A stretch of 64,000 nucleotides of DNA from Octopus vulgaris (GCA_951406725.2 OX597827.1:40300001-40364000); one strand, 5' to 3'. Counted from the stretch's first letter, positions 36,918-51,669 are shown. The notes: generated by a model not told the origin, from the sequence alone. Translations and numbers: made by a program.

Positions 36918-37240
36918 AAGGTGCATGGCTCAGGGGTTAGTGTTGAGATTGCGAGGTTGTGAGTTCGATTCACAGACTGGGCTGTGTGTTGTGTCCTTGA
37001 GCAAGACACTTTATTTCATGTTACTCCAGTTCACTCAGCTGTAGAAATGAGTTGTGATGTCAGTGTGTTGGCTTTTGTCTTTCTCTTGGACAACATCTGT
37101 TGTGTGGAGAGGGGGGAGGCTGGAATGCATTGGTGACTGTTGGTCTTCCACAAACAACCTTGCCTAGACTTGTGCCTAGGAGGGGAACATTCTAGGTGCA
37201 ATCTCACGGTCATTTGTGACCAAAGGAGATCTTTACTCCT
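36918..37240 (+). mobile_element. tRNA-derived SINE, second family
   Basis: ggtgcatggctcaggggttag head, gagttcgattc B-box, tgtgttgtgtccttgagcaagacactt core. Related copy at 47260-47570. Confidence 0.7.
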
Positions 37241-37999
37241 TTACATGAACTATAGGAAATTCTTAAAGAGTTGCAATCCACTCTAACGTCCTTTTTTCCC
37301 TTATGCTACCTTTGCAATCTTCAAAGGTTGAAGCTGAATATCAATCACATTTGTTTCAGCAGTTTGTCAGCTAGTGCCTGTGAGTATGATGGACACTGCC
37401 CCTCCTCCAATGGCATAACCTTATCCCCTCTCTTGAAATTGCTGGCCTTTTACCAACATTTGAAACCAATATTATTACAAAAGGAAGAGACACAGCCCCA
37501 AATCAATGAATACTTATTGTTTCTGTTTTTGTATTTGTATTTGTCTCAGCAATTTTGTAAATAAAGTCATCCATGATAGCATTGTTTAGAGATATGTTGG
37601 TGGGTAAATGTTGATAATGTATTTTAATACAATTAGTTTTATTTTCTTTTATATTGTGAAATCATTTTTCCAGTAAATTCATAGAAGATAGAAAGCACGT
37701 GTTTGGTGGGTGCTAGTTGATTGGTGGGGAGTGTGTGAGAGATTTTTTTTATGTATACAATTCCTTTGAATCTTTCACTACATTCTAACTTGTGCGTGTG
37801 TCTCTGTCTCTCTTTTTGTCTGTCTGTCTCCATATATACATACTCACACAAATACATACAATGTAAATTCTCTGTAAATTTTTCTGTGTGTATGACTTGA
37901 ATATCTGACCTTTCAGTTAGAAAGTTGCTTTCCTCTTTGTCTTCCTTACATTAAGTATATATAAATTGATTTTTCTTTCTTTTTTTGCAGTGTGATGTG

Positions 38000-38650
38000 G
38001 CAGGTCACACAACCTTTTAATGACAAGTAACTGCTGTTTCACGTTATAATTTAATACTGGTATTAGGTTATTCAACTTGAGGCATATGCTGATGATGCAG
38101 CCCTCATTGGATTGCACCTAGAACAATCATATAATTAATGATTTGTGACTTTAGCAGAAGATGCACAACTCCTTGGATTTCAAGTTTGTTTGAAGATCTG
38201 TAGTCAACAAAGCGTACCTTTCAATACCCAACCATGTATAACAATCTAGTTGAAATCTGGGATAGGCTAAAATTCTAAATCCAAGGAAACTGGTAATTGT
38301 GCAAAGGAGAATTCGATAAAGCTCAATCAGTTGATTTCCTCTAAGGAATACAAAAGCCAATGATTTGGGACATTTTCCCCCCTACTTCTGTCTAGATCTC
38401 TCACTCTCATATGAAGGGTAAAGTCTAAAAAATATACTTTATGCCCCTCATAGCAAATTAGCTTGTTGAACCATGGTACATAATGACTTGGTTCATCATT
38501 GATGAACACCTCATATAATCTGAAACCATATTGTAAAAGTCTTTTAGCTTCTGTCTGAGTAACAATGGTCAGATGCTGTTTGAGACATCTTTTGTCCAAT
38601 ACCATTTTTTTTTATCAGCAAGGCTAACATGGTACAGATGAGATATGCAA
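38000..38650 (+). mobile_element. Highly degenerate non-LTR reverse transcriptase fragment
   Basis: AYADDAALIG at 38082-38111, surrounded by stops and frameshifts. Confidence 0.45.
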
Positions 38651-38819
38651 ATGGTTTCTATCTCTAACTAGATAGAATTTGACCTTCTGTAGAAGTTAGG
38701 AATGGCAGGGCAGGTATCTCCGCTTTTTACTTCCCTTAAGTCACTTGGCACATTTGCGAAAGATAGAGATCTCTCTACCTTTCAGAACTCCAGAACTTTT
38801 ATTTATAAAAATATAACCA

Positions 38820-39190
38820 GGCGTAGCTGTGTGGTTGGAAGCTTGCTTCTCAACCACATGGTTCCAAGTTCAGTCCCACTGCTTAGTACCTTGGGTAATT
38901 GTCTTCTACTATATCCTTGGGCTGACCAAAGCCTTGTGAGTGGATTTGGTGGACGGAAACTGAAAGAAACCTATCGTATATAAATATATATATGTATATG
39001 TGTGTGTGTCTCTGTGTTTGTCCCCATTCACCACTTGATAACCAATGGTTGTTTGGCAAAAGAGATCAATAGAATAAGTACTAGGCTTCAAAAAAGTAAG
39101 CCCTAGGATCGATTTGTTTGACTAAAACCCTTTGAGATGGTCCCCTAGCATGGCCACAGTCAAATGATTGAATAAAGTAAAAGATAAAAG
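38820..39190 (+). mobile_element. tRNA-derived SINE, third family (ggcg..gctgtgtggt...gttcagtcccactg...gccttgtgagtggatttggt)
   Basis: Related copies at 2085-2205(-), 24460-24605, 33660-33820(-), 55510-55888(-) and 63735-63890. Confidence 0.8.
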
Positions 39191-40039
39191 ATGTTGACGG
39201 TAGTTATTACTTCCAGTTATCACTATATTACCAAACTTTACACAAGCAGCTAGTTTGCACTATGCAGCTGACCCAATTAATGTAACCAATTCAACTACTT
39301 CTCATCCATTATCTGACTACCATTACTGAATTTTTAACATGTTTCTAGGAAATTAGGTTCAACTTATTGTTTATGTACATGCTATATATATAATCTTTTA
39401 GTTCCTTTTAATTATATATCATTCTCCAAAATGTCTAACCTTGTGCATATTTTAGAAATTATTATCACCAAAGATGAGAGCTTTGAATCTATTGCCATGT
39501 TGCTAATAATTCTGTGAAATTGTGTTAATCCTTAAATAGAATTTAAAAATACAAATCTTGTAGGGTGCTCATTCTGTTCCTTTTATTATTTTTTTTTATG
39601 GTTACCAATAATGGGATGGGGAGTCTGGTTATACCTCTCCCTCTCTATAATTTGTGGCTTACTGCCTATGTTGAAAGTCATTAGTCTTATAAGGATGGCA
39701 AGAGCAGTGAAACTGTAGTTTGTAGAGTAACACAAAATGATTGTTGCTGAAGACCACCTCTATTACAAATAACATGACCGACACAAACTCCAACAATAGA
39801 AACAATAACACAAGCGTTACCTCTGTTGTCTCCATGATTTACAACAATAATAGAAAGTACTTAGCCAACACTCAAAACACTTCTGTCTGTTTACCTGTCT
39901 TTTCATACCCTATCAGTAATAAGTACATGAGCACTGTAATAGCCGAGGTTGACTTTGACATCCCTTGGTGTTAAAAATTCCACTAGGGAATCTTTTCAGG
40001 GCCAATAGAAAAATGGAGTCTATATTGTTGTTTATACCT

Positions 40040-40271
40040 ATTTCTTTATTACCCACAAGGGGCTAAACACAGAGCGGACAAACAAGGACAGACATAGGTA
40101 TTAAGTCGATTACATTGACCCCAGTGCGTAACTGGTACTTAATTTATCGACCCCGAAAGGATGAAAGGCAAAGTCGACCTTGGCGGAATTTGAACTCACA
40201 ACGTAACGCAGACGAAATACCGCTAAGCATTTCGCCCGGCGTGCTAACGTTGCTGCCAGCTCACCGCCTTC
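40040..40271 (-). mobile_element. Young tRNA-derived SINE with perfect 15-bp TSD
   Basis: TSD ttgttgtttatacct at 40025-40039 and 40272-40286; CpGs intact. Confidence 0.9.
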
Positions 40272-43200
40272 TTGTTGTTTATACCTGTCCCCAGAGTGTG
40301 TGCCATTGTGCTTATGGGGATACTGAAGTGGAAGCAATAATGGGTTGCCAGATTAAGTCTTCTTTGGTATTTAGCTACAACCCTTTTCATTCTGAGTTCA
40401 AATGTTCGCTGGATTTAATTTTGCTTCTTAAACATTCTGGATTGATAAAATAAGTAGCAGTGATATAATGGGTCATAGCCTCCCACAAAATTTATGTCCT
40501 TGTCTCTCATCAATCATTATTAAATGATTGTGGAGTGACAGGAGTAGTATGTTAGGTCAAAAGCACTGCAGTTCTGCAAGTTCAAATGCCATTGGATTTT
40601 AATTTTTTCATACATCCTGCTAAGTTGATAAAATAGTTGCTGTTTATGATTTGAACCAGTATACTTTCCACACTCAAGGATTTGTTAGTCAGTTGTAAAA
40701 CCAATGACAAAACAAGTGTCTACTTCTAGATGTTTAATCTCTGGTCAATCCTAATTGAATAGATCAGACATTCCTGCTGTGACCATCCTATCTTTTTGAG
40801 GAGTATACTGAGCTTCATTGTCTTTTTTTTTTTGTTAGTTGTTATTTAGCTTCAAGTCCAGCAGATATGATCAGTTATTCTAGCCCTGGCCATCTTGTCT
40901 TTGTTTTTCTTTCATTTCTGATATAGTGTATCTGGGATTTAATTATCTAATATGCTTTTCCCTCTTAAAAATGTTAGGGTGTAAATTTGAGAGATTTGAC
41001 TGCCATTTCTTGCAGATTGAGCAGTGCCATAGAGGCTCTCTTCCACAGAGCCTTTTCATTAAGACAGGATGGTCAAGGACAGAATACTTTTGATCATGTC
41101 TGCTCATAGCTGACTTGGGTCTAAACATCAACAATAATTTGTCTTTAAGGCAAGTTGTTAAGCCTGGACATAAATTTTTAGTAAAATAGGTACTGCCTAT
41201 ATTCTGAAAACTGTTTTGATTGACTACACTCTTATATATTTATGACTTGTCCTAATATAAAGATAACTTTTTTTTTGTATTTTGGTTGTTGTTGGCTTTT
41301 AGATAACTGTTTCTTTTAAAACTGTATAAGTGTGCAAGCCTGAATGTTGTATTTGCCCAATGCCAAACGGAAATTAAATCAAAGTGTTTTAAACAGTTGC
41401 ATGTTTCATAAGCTCACAGTGTTAAATGACCTAATTTGGCAGCTAGATTTGCTATGTCAACCTTGAGATTAAGAACAGTATGTAAATTTTTTTATCACCT
41501 TATTAGAAATATGTACTCTTGATGATTTCTGAGTTATATAATGATTGCTTTAAAAATATAGTATTCTTTTATTGTTTTACTGATTTCAGTATTTGGTCTG
41601 GGGCCTCATTTCCAAAAGTATAGTCAATAATATCAATCCTAGTACTTGATTGGAATTTATTTTATTAATCTTAGAAGGACTAAGAGAAAAGTCGACATAA
41701 CTGGGAAGCAAACTCAAAATGTAAAAGTACATAAATAAATATCAAAAGATATATCGTCTGATATCTTACTAATTCTGCCATTTTCTGACTTGTGAACTTC
41801 ATTTTCTTTACTTTTCACTGGTGCTGGTAATGGTGGAATCTGTATGTCCTGATGTATTTGCATGTGACAGGAATATTGCTGTCATACTACCTCTTTCCTG
41901 TCATTTTTGCTCCTTGTGTATATTTCCTTGCACAGCTGTCATTTTGTCTAGAGTGGTTTCCTTGCACAGCTGTTGCCTGTAATCGGTATCTGTTTCAAAT
42001 GATGGTTCTCTTCTGTTGTGCTTACATATTCATTACCTTTACTTATTCCTTACCCTTTGCTTATTATCCTCAGTCAGTGCTTTTTTGAATCTCCAGTAAA
42101 TTGATATTGCTGGGACAGCCTGAACTACTCAAATGGAATATTTGCGTGTTGTGACATAGGCTTGCACACACAAAATGCTCTGGATAAATATGTACGTAAT
42201 AGGCTTATATGCCAGACTAAAGATATTATAGTGAGATCAGGACAGAGAAACTATTGGAGCAAAGCAGCTTTATAACTCTGTGTGTTTTAAGCTAACAGTT
42301 AAGTTTTTAACAGCAAAAAAAAAAAAAAGCCCATCAAGGAAATTCATTGTATATTGTTTCTCATATTATTGTTTCGCACACACACACACACGTTATGCAT
42401 TGGTATAAAATGAAGGAGTGTGGAAGTTAAGTAGACAAAATGTATGTATATATATATATGATAGCTTGGGATTGTTAATCCAAATTTTGGTTTCACACAA
42501 CTCTTTTTCATTGGCAAACAAAGCTTGTCTTTGTTCAAACAAATTTGTAAAACCTGAACATAGATTAAGTCTCCGGTTTAATCTGTAAAGATATATTTAA
42601 AATAATGAAACAATAAAAAGTCATATGGAGATATAAGCACTCTCGTTTTTGCTGGTTTGTCAAACTTCGACTATGAATAGTGCTTTCCTACTGTTACTTG
42701 AATAAATAAATAAAAGGGTGTCGGACCAAGTAAGGTTTTACATGGTCACTCAACCTGTGAGAAATAACTGCCAAATCTTATTTAAAACCCAACTTTATCA
42801 TCTTAAAAAGAAATGAACAGTGGATTAGGAAGTCTTATATACATTATCCTTATGAAGGAGATGACAAAGCACTGAGGTGTCTGATTCCTTGCTGTTCTCA
42901 AGAAGACCCGTTCATCATAGCAGAATTGATACCAGTGCTTGTGCCTTGTAAAACGCACTGGTACTGGTGCCATGTTAAAAGCACTGATGCTGGTGTCACA
43001 TAAAAAGCATCCAGTACACTCTGTAAAGTGGTTGGCATTAGGAAGGGCATCCAGCCATAGGAACTATGCCAGAACAGACAATGGAGTCTCGTGTGGTCCC
43101 TGGCCCTATCATCCCCTGCCAAACTGTTCAACCCATGCCAGCATGGAAAACAGCTGTTGAATGATGATGATCATGATATAACTGAAGCAAAATAATTCCC

Positions 43201-43346
43201 CCAAATATTGGAATATCATTGCAAGAATGCCTTTGATTGTAGATTTAGATCAGGACTGATCTAGAGATAAACAACAACAATAGCTATCAAAAGATTTTGT
43301 ATATATGTGTATAATGAAAGTAGATGAAGGATATACTTTGCAGATG

Positions 43347-43564
43347 GTTCATTACCGTATTTATTTTGAGATGTTCCGTGTTCAATTAATTTTAAATATA
43401 ACAAAGAATTTAATAAAATAACTTAGTTATCATTAAACTAGTGTTAGGAACATAAATTGTGACTAAGGTCTGGTGGAAGATTTCAATTCAAAACTTATGT
43501 AAACAAGACATTTGTACTACAGAGCCAGAGGCGGTTTCGGCCGGGTTGGTATCGAAAGGGTTAA
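43347..43564. mobile_element. piggyBac-like MITE with one intact end
   Basis: Right end ggtatcgaaaggg|ttaa; left end truncated at ttcattacc. Confidence 0.55.
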
Positions 43565-44520
43565 AGAACTTTTATGCAATAAATGTAATATGTGTTGTCA
43601 TTTAAATATAATATTCATCTGTCAAGCCAAGTGAAATTGTAGTCATGACTGATGCCAGTACTGTGTGACTGGCACCCATGTCAGCAGCATGTAAAAAGCA
43701 CTGTTCGAATATTAGGCCTCATGGAGGCAGTGACAGGTGATATACCTTACTTGAGAAGACTTTTCAAGCTAAGTTTGATTGTAGTTGTGGCTGATGCTGG
43801 TGTCACATAACTGGCACCAGTGCCAGTGGCATGTAAGAAGCACCCACTACACTCATGGAGTAGTTGGCATTAGGAAGGGCATCCAGCCATAGAAACCATG
43901 CCAAATCAGATTGGAACCTGGTGCAGCTCCCCAGTTTACCAGTTCTCGGTCAAACTGTCCAACCTATGCCAACATGGAAAACGGACGTTAAATGATGATG
44001 ACTACTATGTATAATGTGTTAGATTGTCTGTGTGTGTTTGAGTGCTGTAGAGTCATAAACTTTTGTCAGTATTAAAGGGTTATTTAAACTGAAATTATGT
44101 CCTGATAATATTTCAGTAGGAACAGTTGTCTTTTTTTGTGTTGTATTCTGATCATCATCATTTTCCTGTCCATGTTTGTATGGGTTGCAGGAGTTCTCTC
44201 TAACACAACATTATTGTGTTCCTTTGTCATCATTTTTGGGAGGTTCAGTTTCCCAAGATTGGACTTACTTCTACCCACATTACTGGATCCTACATGAATC
44301 TCCTGACACTTCTTCACCCACGTGTTATCTTCTTTAAGCATTACATGTCCATATCTGCATAGCTGTCACTCTTGCACACTACAATATTCAGTTTTTCTCT
44401 ATGCTTATCTTTGCTGTATTGTTCAATCACAGTAACATAACACATCCAATAGATAATGCCCACCTCATTTCTTTCCAATCTTCATGCATCTTCTGCATTC
44501 AGTGCCCATGTTTCATTACC

Positions 44521-44750
44521 TATTTCTTTACTACCCACAAGGGGCTAAACACAGAGAGGACAAACAAGGACAGACAAACGGATTAAGTCGATTGTATCGA
44601 CCCCAGTGCGTAACTGGTACTTATTTAATTGACCCCGAAAGGATGAAAGGCAAAGTCGACCTCGGTGGAATTTGAACTCAGAACGTAGCAGCAGACGAAA
44701 TACCGCTAAGCATTTCACCTGGCGTGCTAACGTTTCTGCCAGCTTGCTGC
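44521..44750 (-). mobile_element. Young SINE (same family as 40040) with 14-bp TSD, inserted into an RTE fragment
   Basis: catgtttcattacc (44507-44520) and catgttttattacc (44751-44764) flank it. Confidence 0.85.
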
Positions 44751-45239
44751 CATGTTTTATTACCATGTGGCAATGCAGTTTGTACATGTACATCATACAA
44801 TTTACTTTTGCCTGGGTGAGAAAATCCCTTTTGTTATCAGTGAAGGTAATAACTCCCTGAACTTTTTCCACCCTATTCTAAATTTGGCTACTATGTTTTC
44901 ATTGAAAGGAGAACTCTTTTACTGAGTAGGTCACCTAGATGACAAGCTATCAGCAAATAAAGTCACCTCTACACGGTCACTTGGTCTGCTAGAAATAGCC
45001 ATACCATCTTACCCCTTCCCCTAAAGTTGACCTTGTGCCTTAATTGATTACAAATTTTGGCACAAAGCCAGCAATTTTGTGGGAGGGGGTAAGTCGATTA
45101 CATTGACCCCAGTACTCAGCATTGTTTAATGTCTGTTTTATCAACCCATAAAGGATGAAAGGCAAAGTCAACTTTGGCAGAATTTGAACTCAAAACATGA
45201 AAATAGTGTGCTAACAATTCTGCTAGCTTGTTGCCTTAA

Positions 45240-45460
45240 CCCTTTAGCATTTAAACCGGCCATATCCGGCCAAAAGTATTCTACCTGTTTTATGTTCAAA
45301 ATGGCCAGATCAGGTCTCTCACACCAACCCTACAATATCATTTGAAAAATTAACAGCTACCTCATCAAAATCTCATGGCTACAAGATAATGCCTGATTAG
45401 TTCAAAACAATGTGGATGAAAAAGCATTAATTTTGGCAGAATAATGTGAACACTAAAGGG
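45240..45460. mobile_element. piggyBac-like MITE (TTAA TSD, CCC...GGG ends)
   Basis: ttaa|ccctttagcatt ... aacactaaaggg|ttaa. Confidence 0.85.
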
Positions 45461-45789
45461 TTAAACCTTGTGCTTTTATTGGAAACCATTATCATTAGTA
45501 GAATAGAAGTAGCAGTAGAGCACTAATGTACAGTATTTGTTTCTTTCATTTAGTATTCTGGATTCACATTTGTGATGGGTGACTTTGTCCTTCCTCTCTC
45601 TCTTGTTGATAAAGTGTACTTAGTGCTATACTGAGTTGAGTTCTATTATTCACACCAACTTCTCTCCATATTTTTAGAATTGTGCTAATAGTAAGAAGTA
45701 ATTATAATTATTTTTTGTATTTCTTATTTGATGTATTATTATTTTTATTGTTTCTGTTTAATTTTATAAATTTCTTTTTTATCCTCCAG

Positions 45790-45964
45790 CTTGCCAATCT
45801 CTTTGTTATGTGCTTACTGGTCATTGCCACTGTACATCCAGAACTCCTGAAAGTTTTCCGATCATCCTCTCCTATTGAGTTTGATAGGTATTTACTGAAA
45901 GAGGACCAGAACAATTGGGAACCCTACAAGAATGGACTGTTTGATTCAATATGGAGGAGCAAAG
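45790..45964 (+). CDS. LAPTM4: LAPTM4-family exon 2 (LANLFVMCLLVIATVHP...FDSIWRSK, phase-1 end)
   Basis: ctccag/gtaact boundaries, 175 bp. Completes TM1 and the lumenal loop; frame joins exon 3. Confidence 0.85.
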
Positions 45965-46849
45965 GTAACTTGAATATTCTGTTTGTTGTTGTTTGAATCC
46001 ATCCCAACCCTGATTCAAAAGACTTCTGGTGAAAGATATTCCTCTTGTGATTGTCCCATCTTTTTTCTTTCTTAAATTTTTTTTCAACCACAATGTATCT
46101 GGGATCATAACAAATGTATATTTCCTGTTTATAAGATGGAAAGGGATGATTTGAGGAATAATTGGTTACCATTTCTACCAGGTCAAGGGATGTGGTATAT
46201 CTAGCCAAGAGTTGAATTCTCCCAGAAAACACTGTCATTGTTTCAGTTAATTTTGAAATAATGATTGTAGTAAAATAACTTAGTCATTATAAAACTGGTG
46301 TTTATAACACAAATCAAAATTAGATTTTGATGGAAGGTTTTAATTTAGATAAGGAAATAGTCTCAGATGGTTTGGTTTCAAAAAGATTAATATAGTTATG
46401 TTGCCTATGAACTTGTAAAATTGCAGATATTATTTTTCTTGGCATAGATCTGTGCAACCCCACTGATTCTGTGCATTTGTATTTGGTACCTGATATTGAA
46501 AAAAGAAGGTTCCTTATAACTGGTCTAGAGACTTTCTTTTTGACTTGTATTCCTCTAATTTTTTTTTCTGGCATTTGGAGATTAACAGAAAATAATAAAT
46601 CACTAAAATAGTACTTTCATGCATTTATTTCAGTGATGCACTATGTTCAGAGTTCAAATCCTTTCATCTTCCTTGTGTTGATAAATAAAAATTCCAGTTA
46701 AAAATTTGCTGGAAAATAAATATATAATTGGCCAATTAGTTCATAGTCACATGAGTTCAAATTTACTTCAGGTTTTTTTTTGTTAGTTTTATGTTTACAT
46801 ATCCCATACACAGAGCACAAAAATGCACAGCTTTGTCAGACAGCAAGTC

Positions 46850-47160
46850 AACAAATACACTGGCAGGCAGGAGCCACTCTTTGCGCAGGTGAAAAGATGA
46901 AAGCTTACCTGGCATGATCATGTACCTGCCACAATTTCCTGTTCAAAACCATTCTTCAGGACACATTTGAGGGAGGGCAAAAAAGAAGCAGACAGAGAAA
47001 ATCCTGGTTTGACAACATCAGGGACTGGACAAGTCGCAACACTGTGAACTGCCTACACATGATACACAACAGACCAGTGGTGACAGAAAACTATGAAAGC
47101 ATCTAGAGTTGTACCCTAATGACTGGTTGCATCAGTTAAGGGAGATCTTGATGATGATGA
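46850..47160 (+). mobile_element. RTE/BovB-like LINE 3' end
   Basis: KTILQDTFEGGQKRSRQRKSWFDNIRDWT followed by a (GAT)n tail. Confidence 0.7.
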
Positions 47161-47958
47161 AGTTCGGAGCAGAAAATTTTAATTCTTTGATGTTCCTGTT
47201 TACATACCTGTGAGGCAATAAGAAACAGAACTCAAGAATATTACTCGATTTTAACTAAGAGCATTGGACTCACAATCTTGATGTAGTGAGTTCAATTTCC
47301 GGACTGGGCTGTGTGTTGTGCTCTTTAGCAGACACTTTATTTAATATTATTCCTGTTCGCTCACCTGTAGAAATGAATTCCAACATCACTGGTGCCAAGC
47401 CTTATTGGCCTTTCCCTTGGATAACATCGATGGTGTGGAGAAGGGAGGCTGGTATGCATGGGCGACTACTGGTCTTCCATAAACAACCATGCCCAGATTT
47501 ACGCCTCAGAGGGGAACTTTCTAATCCCCAATACCATAGCCATTCATGACTGAAGGGGATCCTTACCCTTTATCTAAGAAAAGAAATTTACTAATATATT
47601 CCTTTCTTAATTGCTCTCAAAAAAATTAGCTGTTTCTTGTCATTTGAGATAAATATTTTACTGCTTTTTAATTTAGTTTCAAATTTTTATTTATTATTCA
47701 AGTCATGCTCATTCTAAATCTATTTTACTAGTTCAGCTAATGTTCAGCAGAATAAATGCGCACGCATGTGTGTGTGTGTGTGTGTGTGTAGGCAGGCACG
47801 CAGGCAGGTATCACTGTTAAGAAGTTTTGTTTCCCAATTATTGTGTGGCACTTTGGGCAAATGTCTTCTACTATAGCCCTGGGTTGACAAAAGCCTTGCA
47901 AGTAGGTTTATTTGACAGAAACTGAAAGAAGCTTGTTAGGTACAATTATGTGTATATA

Positions 47959-48096
47959 TTGGGTCATCCCATAAATAATGCAGTTTTTTTCAATTGCATG
48001 AATTAAAAGTTGGAGGGGAATGGGATAAACTACATTTTAGATTAATTTTGAAAAATAAAAGTAGTATAAAAAAACCACATTTATGGGATGACCCAA
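47959..48096. mobile_element. mariner-like MITE, 138 bp
   Basis: Perfect 18-bp TIRs ttgggtcatcccataaat / atttatgggatgacccaa, TA TSD. Confidence 0.9.
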
Positions 48097-48706
48097 TATA
48101 TTTATGTTTGTGTATGTCTCCTCGTCATGATACTTGTAAATGTGTGTCACCATCATACAAATAGTGTCATTTGTTTCTAATCTGTTGTGAAAATATGTCC
48201 AGTCAAGTGGAAATATTACCTTGCTTGGAAACAAGTGAGGGTTGGCATTGGGAAGGGCATCTGGCTCTAGAAATTTTGCCTCAATGAATTCCATTTGACT
48301 CTCACATAGAAGAGTGGAAATTAAAATGGTGATGCTCTCTCTCTCTCTCTCACTCACTCACTCACACACATTACTAAATGGGAAGAGTAATGAATACATG
48401 GTGCAGAGTATATTTACTTGTGCATGGCTGGGGATTCACTCTGCTCTGAAATGTTGCCAGAAGGACTGGATTAAGTGAGAGACTTTGAGTAATGACAATA
48501 AATATCTTTGCACAAATATGTTTGTACAATGTCCCTGTTGTAGATGTACATATGTGAAATGCATGGATGTGTGTGTCTTTCAGTATTAGTGTCTTTTTCA
48601 TTTATTTTATGCTGCTTTTTGTCTCATTTGGTTGCATATTGTTTGTTTTGTGTGTGTGTGTGCACGCGCATTGTAATAATGTTTACTCAAATCTTATCTT
48701 TTATAG

Positions 48707-48783
48707 AAGATCTGTGTGTTGTCTATGCCATCACCCTCTGCTCTACAACAATGTGTGTCCTCCTCATCTATGGTGCTGTTAAG
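48707..48783 (+). CDS. LAPTM4: LAPTM4-family exon 3 (EDLCVVYAITLCSTTMCVLLIYGAVK)
   Basis: ttttatag/gtattt boundaries. TM2 with family-like DxCxxxAI...xxYGA; phase compatible with exon 2. Confidence 0.88.
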
Positions 48784-51669
48784 GTATTTACTATTTTGTT
48801 CTTCATGTTTAAGCAACAACAAATATAACAGTTTACCTCACTCTCCATCTCCGAACCCCACCTTTCTGACCCTCCTCTCTCTGATCCCCCCTCTCTCTTT
48901 CTCTCACTCTAGCCCTCATCTCTTTCTGACTTTTCCTTTATCTTCTCTGCCCCTCTCTTTTCTCTTTTGAAACATTCCTTACAGTGTGAAATAGAGGTCC
49001 AGTGTATATATAGTCCAATGTATAGCCTGCTTTGTATCATTACATGATGTCAAAAGCCACTTGTGTTGTGTGTCATTTCAATCTTCACGCAAATATATAA
49101 AAAATATTTCAACATTTAAATACACACAAAGAAGAGAAGCTGTTTTACACCTGCTTCATCTTAGTTCCCATTTCTCTATTGTAGCTGGTATCATAATAGT
49201 GACTATTCATTAGTCAGAGGAGGAAAGGCAGCTCCCATGATGTTTTTCAAAGACTCCAAGACTGGTAGAAGGAAGGTAGGAAGCTTTCCTTCAGACTGGA
49301 GGCCTGATCTGAATACCAGTATTTCACTGGTACTTATTTTATTTACTCTATCAAATACAAAAAAGTGGGGAGCAAAGTTGACCTCAGTGGAATTTGAACT
49401 CATAACACAAAATGCCTTAAATACTATAAGGCATTTAAAATTCTTTTATACTTCTGCTGCTCTGCCAAATCTGTCATCTACCACAAAAGAAGAATATTGA
49501 TAGTTTACCTAAAATTTCATTATAATAAAATATTTTTCAAAAATAAATTCTTATTTTGGCATAAGGTCAGAAATAGAGGAGGGAACAGTAATTTCTATCA
49601 ACTTTCAGTTCTTCACTGATATTTTATTTTATCAACCATAGTTAACCTTTTCTGGATTTGCACTCAAAGTGTAAATGATGAGATCACATACTGCAAGGAA
49701 TTTTGTCTCTATTCTAATGATTTAGCAAAATGCCACACATTTTGTAGGCAATTTAGTCAACTACCAATATTTAATTGGTATGATGTGTTTACTCTGGAAA
49801 GATGAAGGACAAAGTCCATTTCAGCAGGATTTGAACTCAAAATCTAATGGATCATATTACAAGTCGTTTTGTCTACTGATCTACTTATTCTAATATCCTG
49901 TAACCCTTTGTAAGTTGTTAGTTTACAATGGAAAATTTAATCTGGTTTGTCAAGGACAAAACAGTCTGGAGGTATTCATCCTTTTCCTGAAGCTGTCATG
50001 TCTGGAATGATGATTCAGTGAAGTGAAAAGGCTGAACTTGTGTCTCAAGACTTGGATTGTCCAAGAACTGATCACATTTCCATAGAAGTCATACATTAGC
50101 AAAACTTGGGTGCACAAAAGGTGCAGTGGAATCTAAGATAGTGATAGAGAAGGACTTTGTAATAAAAGTACTCAAGATACGAATTCCTTCAAGTGCTTGA
50201 AGACTCTTGAAGTTAACAGTTCAGGTGGGTATTTCAAAGGGATATGTGACAGAACAAGAATGGGAATGAAAAATTCAAGGTAACAAGGTCTCTGAGTGAA
50301 GGTCAGATTGTATGATGCTTGTGTATGATGTGCTGTATTGCATATTAGCAAAACAAGAGCATTAAATGTGGAAGATATGTAAATGATGGAAAGAAGTGAA
50401 GTGAGTACGCTTTGCTAATGTGTGTTTTTGTTAATGCAAACTAATGATGGAACACTAACTGGGAAAAATTGGGCATTAATTGTAGTGTGTGAGAGAGAGA
50501 AACTTGTGTTAGTTAGGGCTGTGTGATTATTGTAAATGAATGTCATTCATTTCCAATATTCTGTGATGTATTTGGGCTTGGAAGCAGATAAGGGTTGGTG
50601 ACAGGAAGGGCATCAAGCCATAGAAAATCTGCCTTAATAAATGTCATCTGACCCATGCAATCATGAAAACAAAAATAGATGTTAAAACGATGGTGATGAT
50701 GATGACAGTGGGATAAAGAAGTGTCAAATAATTTAAGTGGAAAGAATCTACTGAAGAAAAAGACCAAAGAAAATATGGGGAAAAAAGTGGTGAATGTTGA
50801 TTTCAGAAAGCTGAACCTGTCAAAGGAAATGTCAAAGAACTTTTTTTTAAATCTCTTTGTCAGGAAGGAATGGCAGTACCCATGACAGTGTGCTGTGGAT
50901 TTCTGAGACTAGTGGTTGAAAGAGTGGAGGGTATCCTCAAACTAGAGTAGACCTGGCCTAAAAGTTTGTAACAGAGTGGGTTCCAGTGAAGGTATCCAAG
51001 ATATCAGGTGATGGTATTAAACTGGGTGACAGATTGTCTTCTACCCAAATTAGTCATTGTGGAATTTGTACTCAGAACACAAAGGGGTGGAACAAATGCT
51101 TCAAGGCATCCTGTCTCTCAAGCTCCACTGTTTCTGCTTCATTGACCTTGGAAAGATGAAAGGCAAAGCTGATCTTGGCATGGTTTGAACTCAGAACATG
51201 AGGTGTCACAAGGCATTTTGTTTGATGCTCTAATGATTGTGCCAGTTTGTTGCCTATAAAACTGCAACAAGTGGTCTGATACTGTACTGGAGAAGATTCA
51301 GCCAAGCAAAGACAAACAGATGTAAAATAATGATGATAGCGGTACTTTTTTTACTGGTTCTAGCCATCATATTGAAAAATTTTTATACTGATAATTACAA
51401 GGCTATTATTTTGTAAAGGAGAAATATAATCAATTGAACTGACCTCAGTATTTGGTGAGTAATTACCTTTCGTTTCCCTACAAAAATAGGTCAGAAAAAT
51501 TGGTTTCTGTTGGACTTGAACTTGGAATTTAGATGGCTAGAACTCATTGCAGTAAAGCATTTAATCTGAGCACTTCCTTAAGACACTTATACCACTTCAT
51601 AGTAAACAATAAAAGGGAAAGATTATTTGCGTAGGGAGAATAGAAAGATAAAGCTATAAAAATTTACAT

